Assembly: GCF_006345805.1 (NCBI RefSeq) | Contig: NC_043001.1 | Span: 135,408,001-135,472,000, forward strand | DNA length: 64,000 bases | Direction of reading: 5' to 3' | Origin: Octopus sinensis | Lineage: Eukaryota | Shown: positions 62,430-64,000 of the stretch, piece by piece | Position numbering within the stretch: position 1 is the stretch's first letter | Layout: the number at the start of each line of letters is the position of its first letter | Notes under the pieces: generated by a model | What the model was told of the DNA's origin: nothing | Databases searched by the model: none | The model's input: only the letters and a program-made list of their open reading frames with translations | Position numbers and translations under genes: made by a program

Positions 62430-63180
62430 GAGTGCAATGGGTAAATTGTCACCATTTTATAATTTTAATTTCATGCATGCACATTGCTTCTGATTTTGTC
62501 AACTACACTGTATAATAGGGTCAGTTGGGCACTGTCTGTGAGAAATTTGGAAATGACAAGCTGTACTGCTTGGAATTTGTGCTGGAAGCTCCAATACAAA
62601 CATTTCAGAGTGTTTGGGTGTCAATCTGAGGACAGTGCAGAGGATTCGGAAAGAGTTGGATGTGTTGTGTCTAATAGGGATTAGGAAGTTTTGGCAGCTT
62701 GGAGCACTCATTTGATTGTTCCGATAAGAAAAGAACTCCTGAATTTATTGACAGCAATCCTTCCAAGTCAATCAGGTCCATAGGAGTTTCTGAGTTTCTT
62801 ATCAGGCAGGTAGTGCATAAAGACATTCGGTATTCCTCATACAAGATGTGGAAAGGCCAATTTCTATCCGAAGGTATCAAGGACAAGAGGAAAAACTGCA
62901 CTACAAAGATTTTGAACAAACTCAAACATCCCCTCCAACTGAACATGCTTTGGCTTCTCTCAGATGAGAAACATATCTGCCAGGATCAGATGGTGAACAT
63001 ACAAAACGACTGTTGGCTTGCTGTGTCCCCAAAACATGTACCGAGAATGATAAAAATCAAATATCCAATCAACATCATGGTGTTTGATGTGATCACTAGT
63101 GATGGCGATATTATGCCTTCATTCATCTTCCTATATGGCCTCAGACTCAACATGGAGACCTACATCATATATCTGTAAAT
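62428..63180 (+). mobile_element. Truncated Tc1/mariner-superfamily transposase remnant
   Basis: Begins TA+cgagtgcaatgggtaaattgtcacc. ORF 62699-63178 has LSDEK..QDQMVNIQNDCWLA..P..KYPINIMVF..ITSDGDIMP (first catalytic Asp region); the rest is missing. Confidence 0.8.
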
Positions 63181-63533
63181 GTAATATGTGACAATTATTC
63201 AGTAGCCATGATAAAACTCTGAGTTTCAGATGTTGGGGTGGAAATCCACGCCACCATCTCTTCAGTTATCTGGCCATTGGAAAAAAATGCTAGGAAAATG
63301 ACCGTTAAACAAAGGGAAATTACTGTGTGATTGACTGTTATTAAGACAAAAGAGCTATTTGAATGACCGCTAAGTGAGGAGAGGGAGTAAAAGTAAGGGG
63401 GTAAAAATGTTCATAGTATTTGCGTAAGTCCATACCTACACATGCACGCCCGCACCCCCACGTACATGCGCCTATAAGTATACACTCATCCACCCTCACT
63501 TGAAACCCACACATTCTCACCCACACCATTCAC

Positions 63534-63566
<33 letters not shown>

Positions 63567-63769
63567 CATATATATATACATATATATACACAATCCCACA
63601 CACACACATGCGTGCACCAAAAAGGGTCATACACACAACTATATAGGCACAAGCACAAGAAAAAACAGGGCTAAGGGGGCAACAATACAGAAAAAAGTGT
63701 AAAGAAGTATAAAAAAATAAGCAATAAGAGTAAAACACATCTATATACGCACATACCCGTATCCACGCA

Positions 63770-64000
63770 CACACACACGTCTATATACATGCATACCTGC
63801 ACACATCTATATACACATGTACGCAAGAGAAAACAGAGCTAAAGGCAAAAACAGGTTAATGTGTAAAATAACAATGAGTAAAACACGTCTATATACGCAC
63901 ATACTCACATGCACGCACATGCACACACATCTATATACGCACATGCACACACATCTATATACCTACATACCCACACACATGCACACATCCACACGCGTGC
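63770..64000. repeat. Degenerate (CA/TA)-derived minisatellite (cacacatctatatacgcacatg-like)
   Basis: Recurrent ctatatacgcacat motif. Confidence 0.7.

Overview
AT-rich eukaryotic DNA, saturated with microsatellites and transposable elements. The SINE repertoire and microsatellite load look like an Octopus-type (coleoid cephalopod) genome; this is an inference, not a database match. I cannot recognise any host protein-coding gene, and nearly all listed ORFs are artefacts of microsatellites or TE copies. Supported content: four tRNA-headed SINE types; many 5'-truncated RTE-LINE 3' ends carrying a variable hairpin-module array; decayed CR1, R4/Dong, Penelope-like (GIY-YIG), hAT and Tc1/mariner remnants; piggyBac-like and mariner-like MITEs; an 8 x 107-bp tandem array; and three short local duplications. 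The most interesting signal is a set of type I hammerhead-ribozyme motifs with palindromic stem III, embedded in small TA-flanked elements. One (62112-62206, minus strand) has a fully canonical core, a long stem II and an upstream 8-mer able to mask its cleavage site. All folds and alignments were done by eye, and most TE boundaries are approximate.
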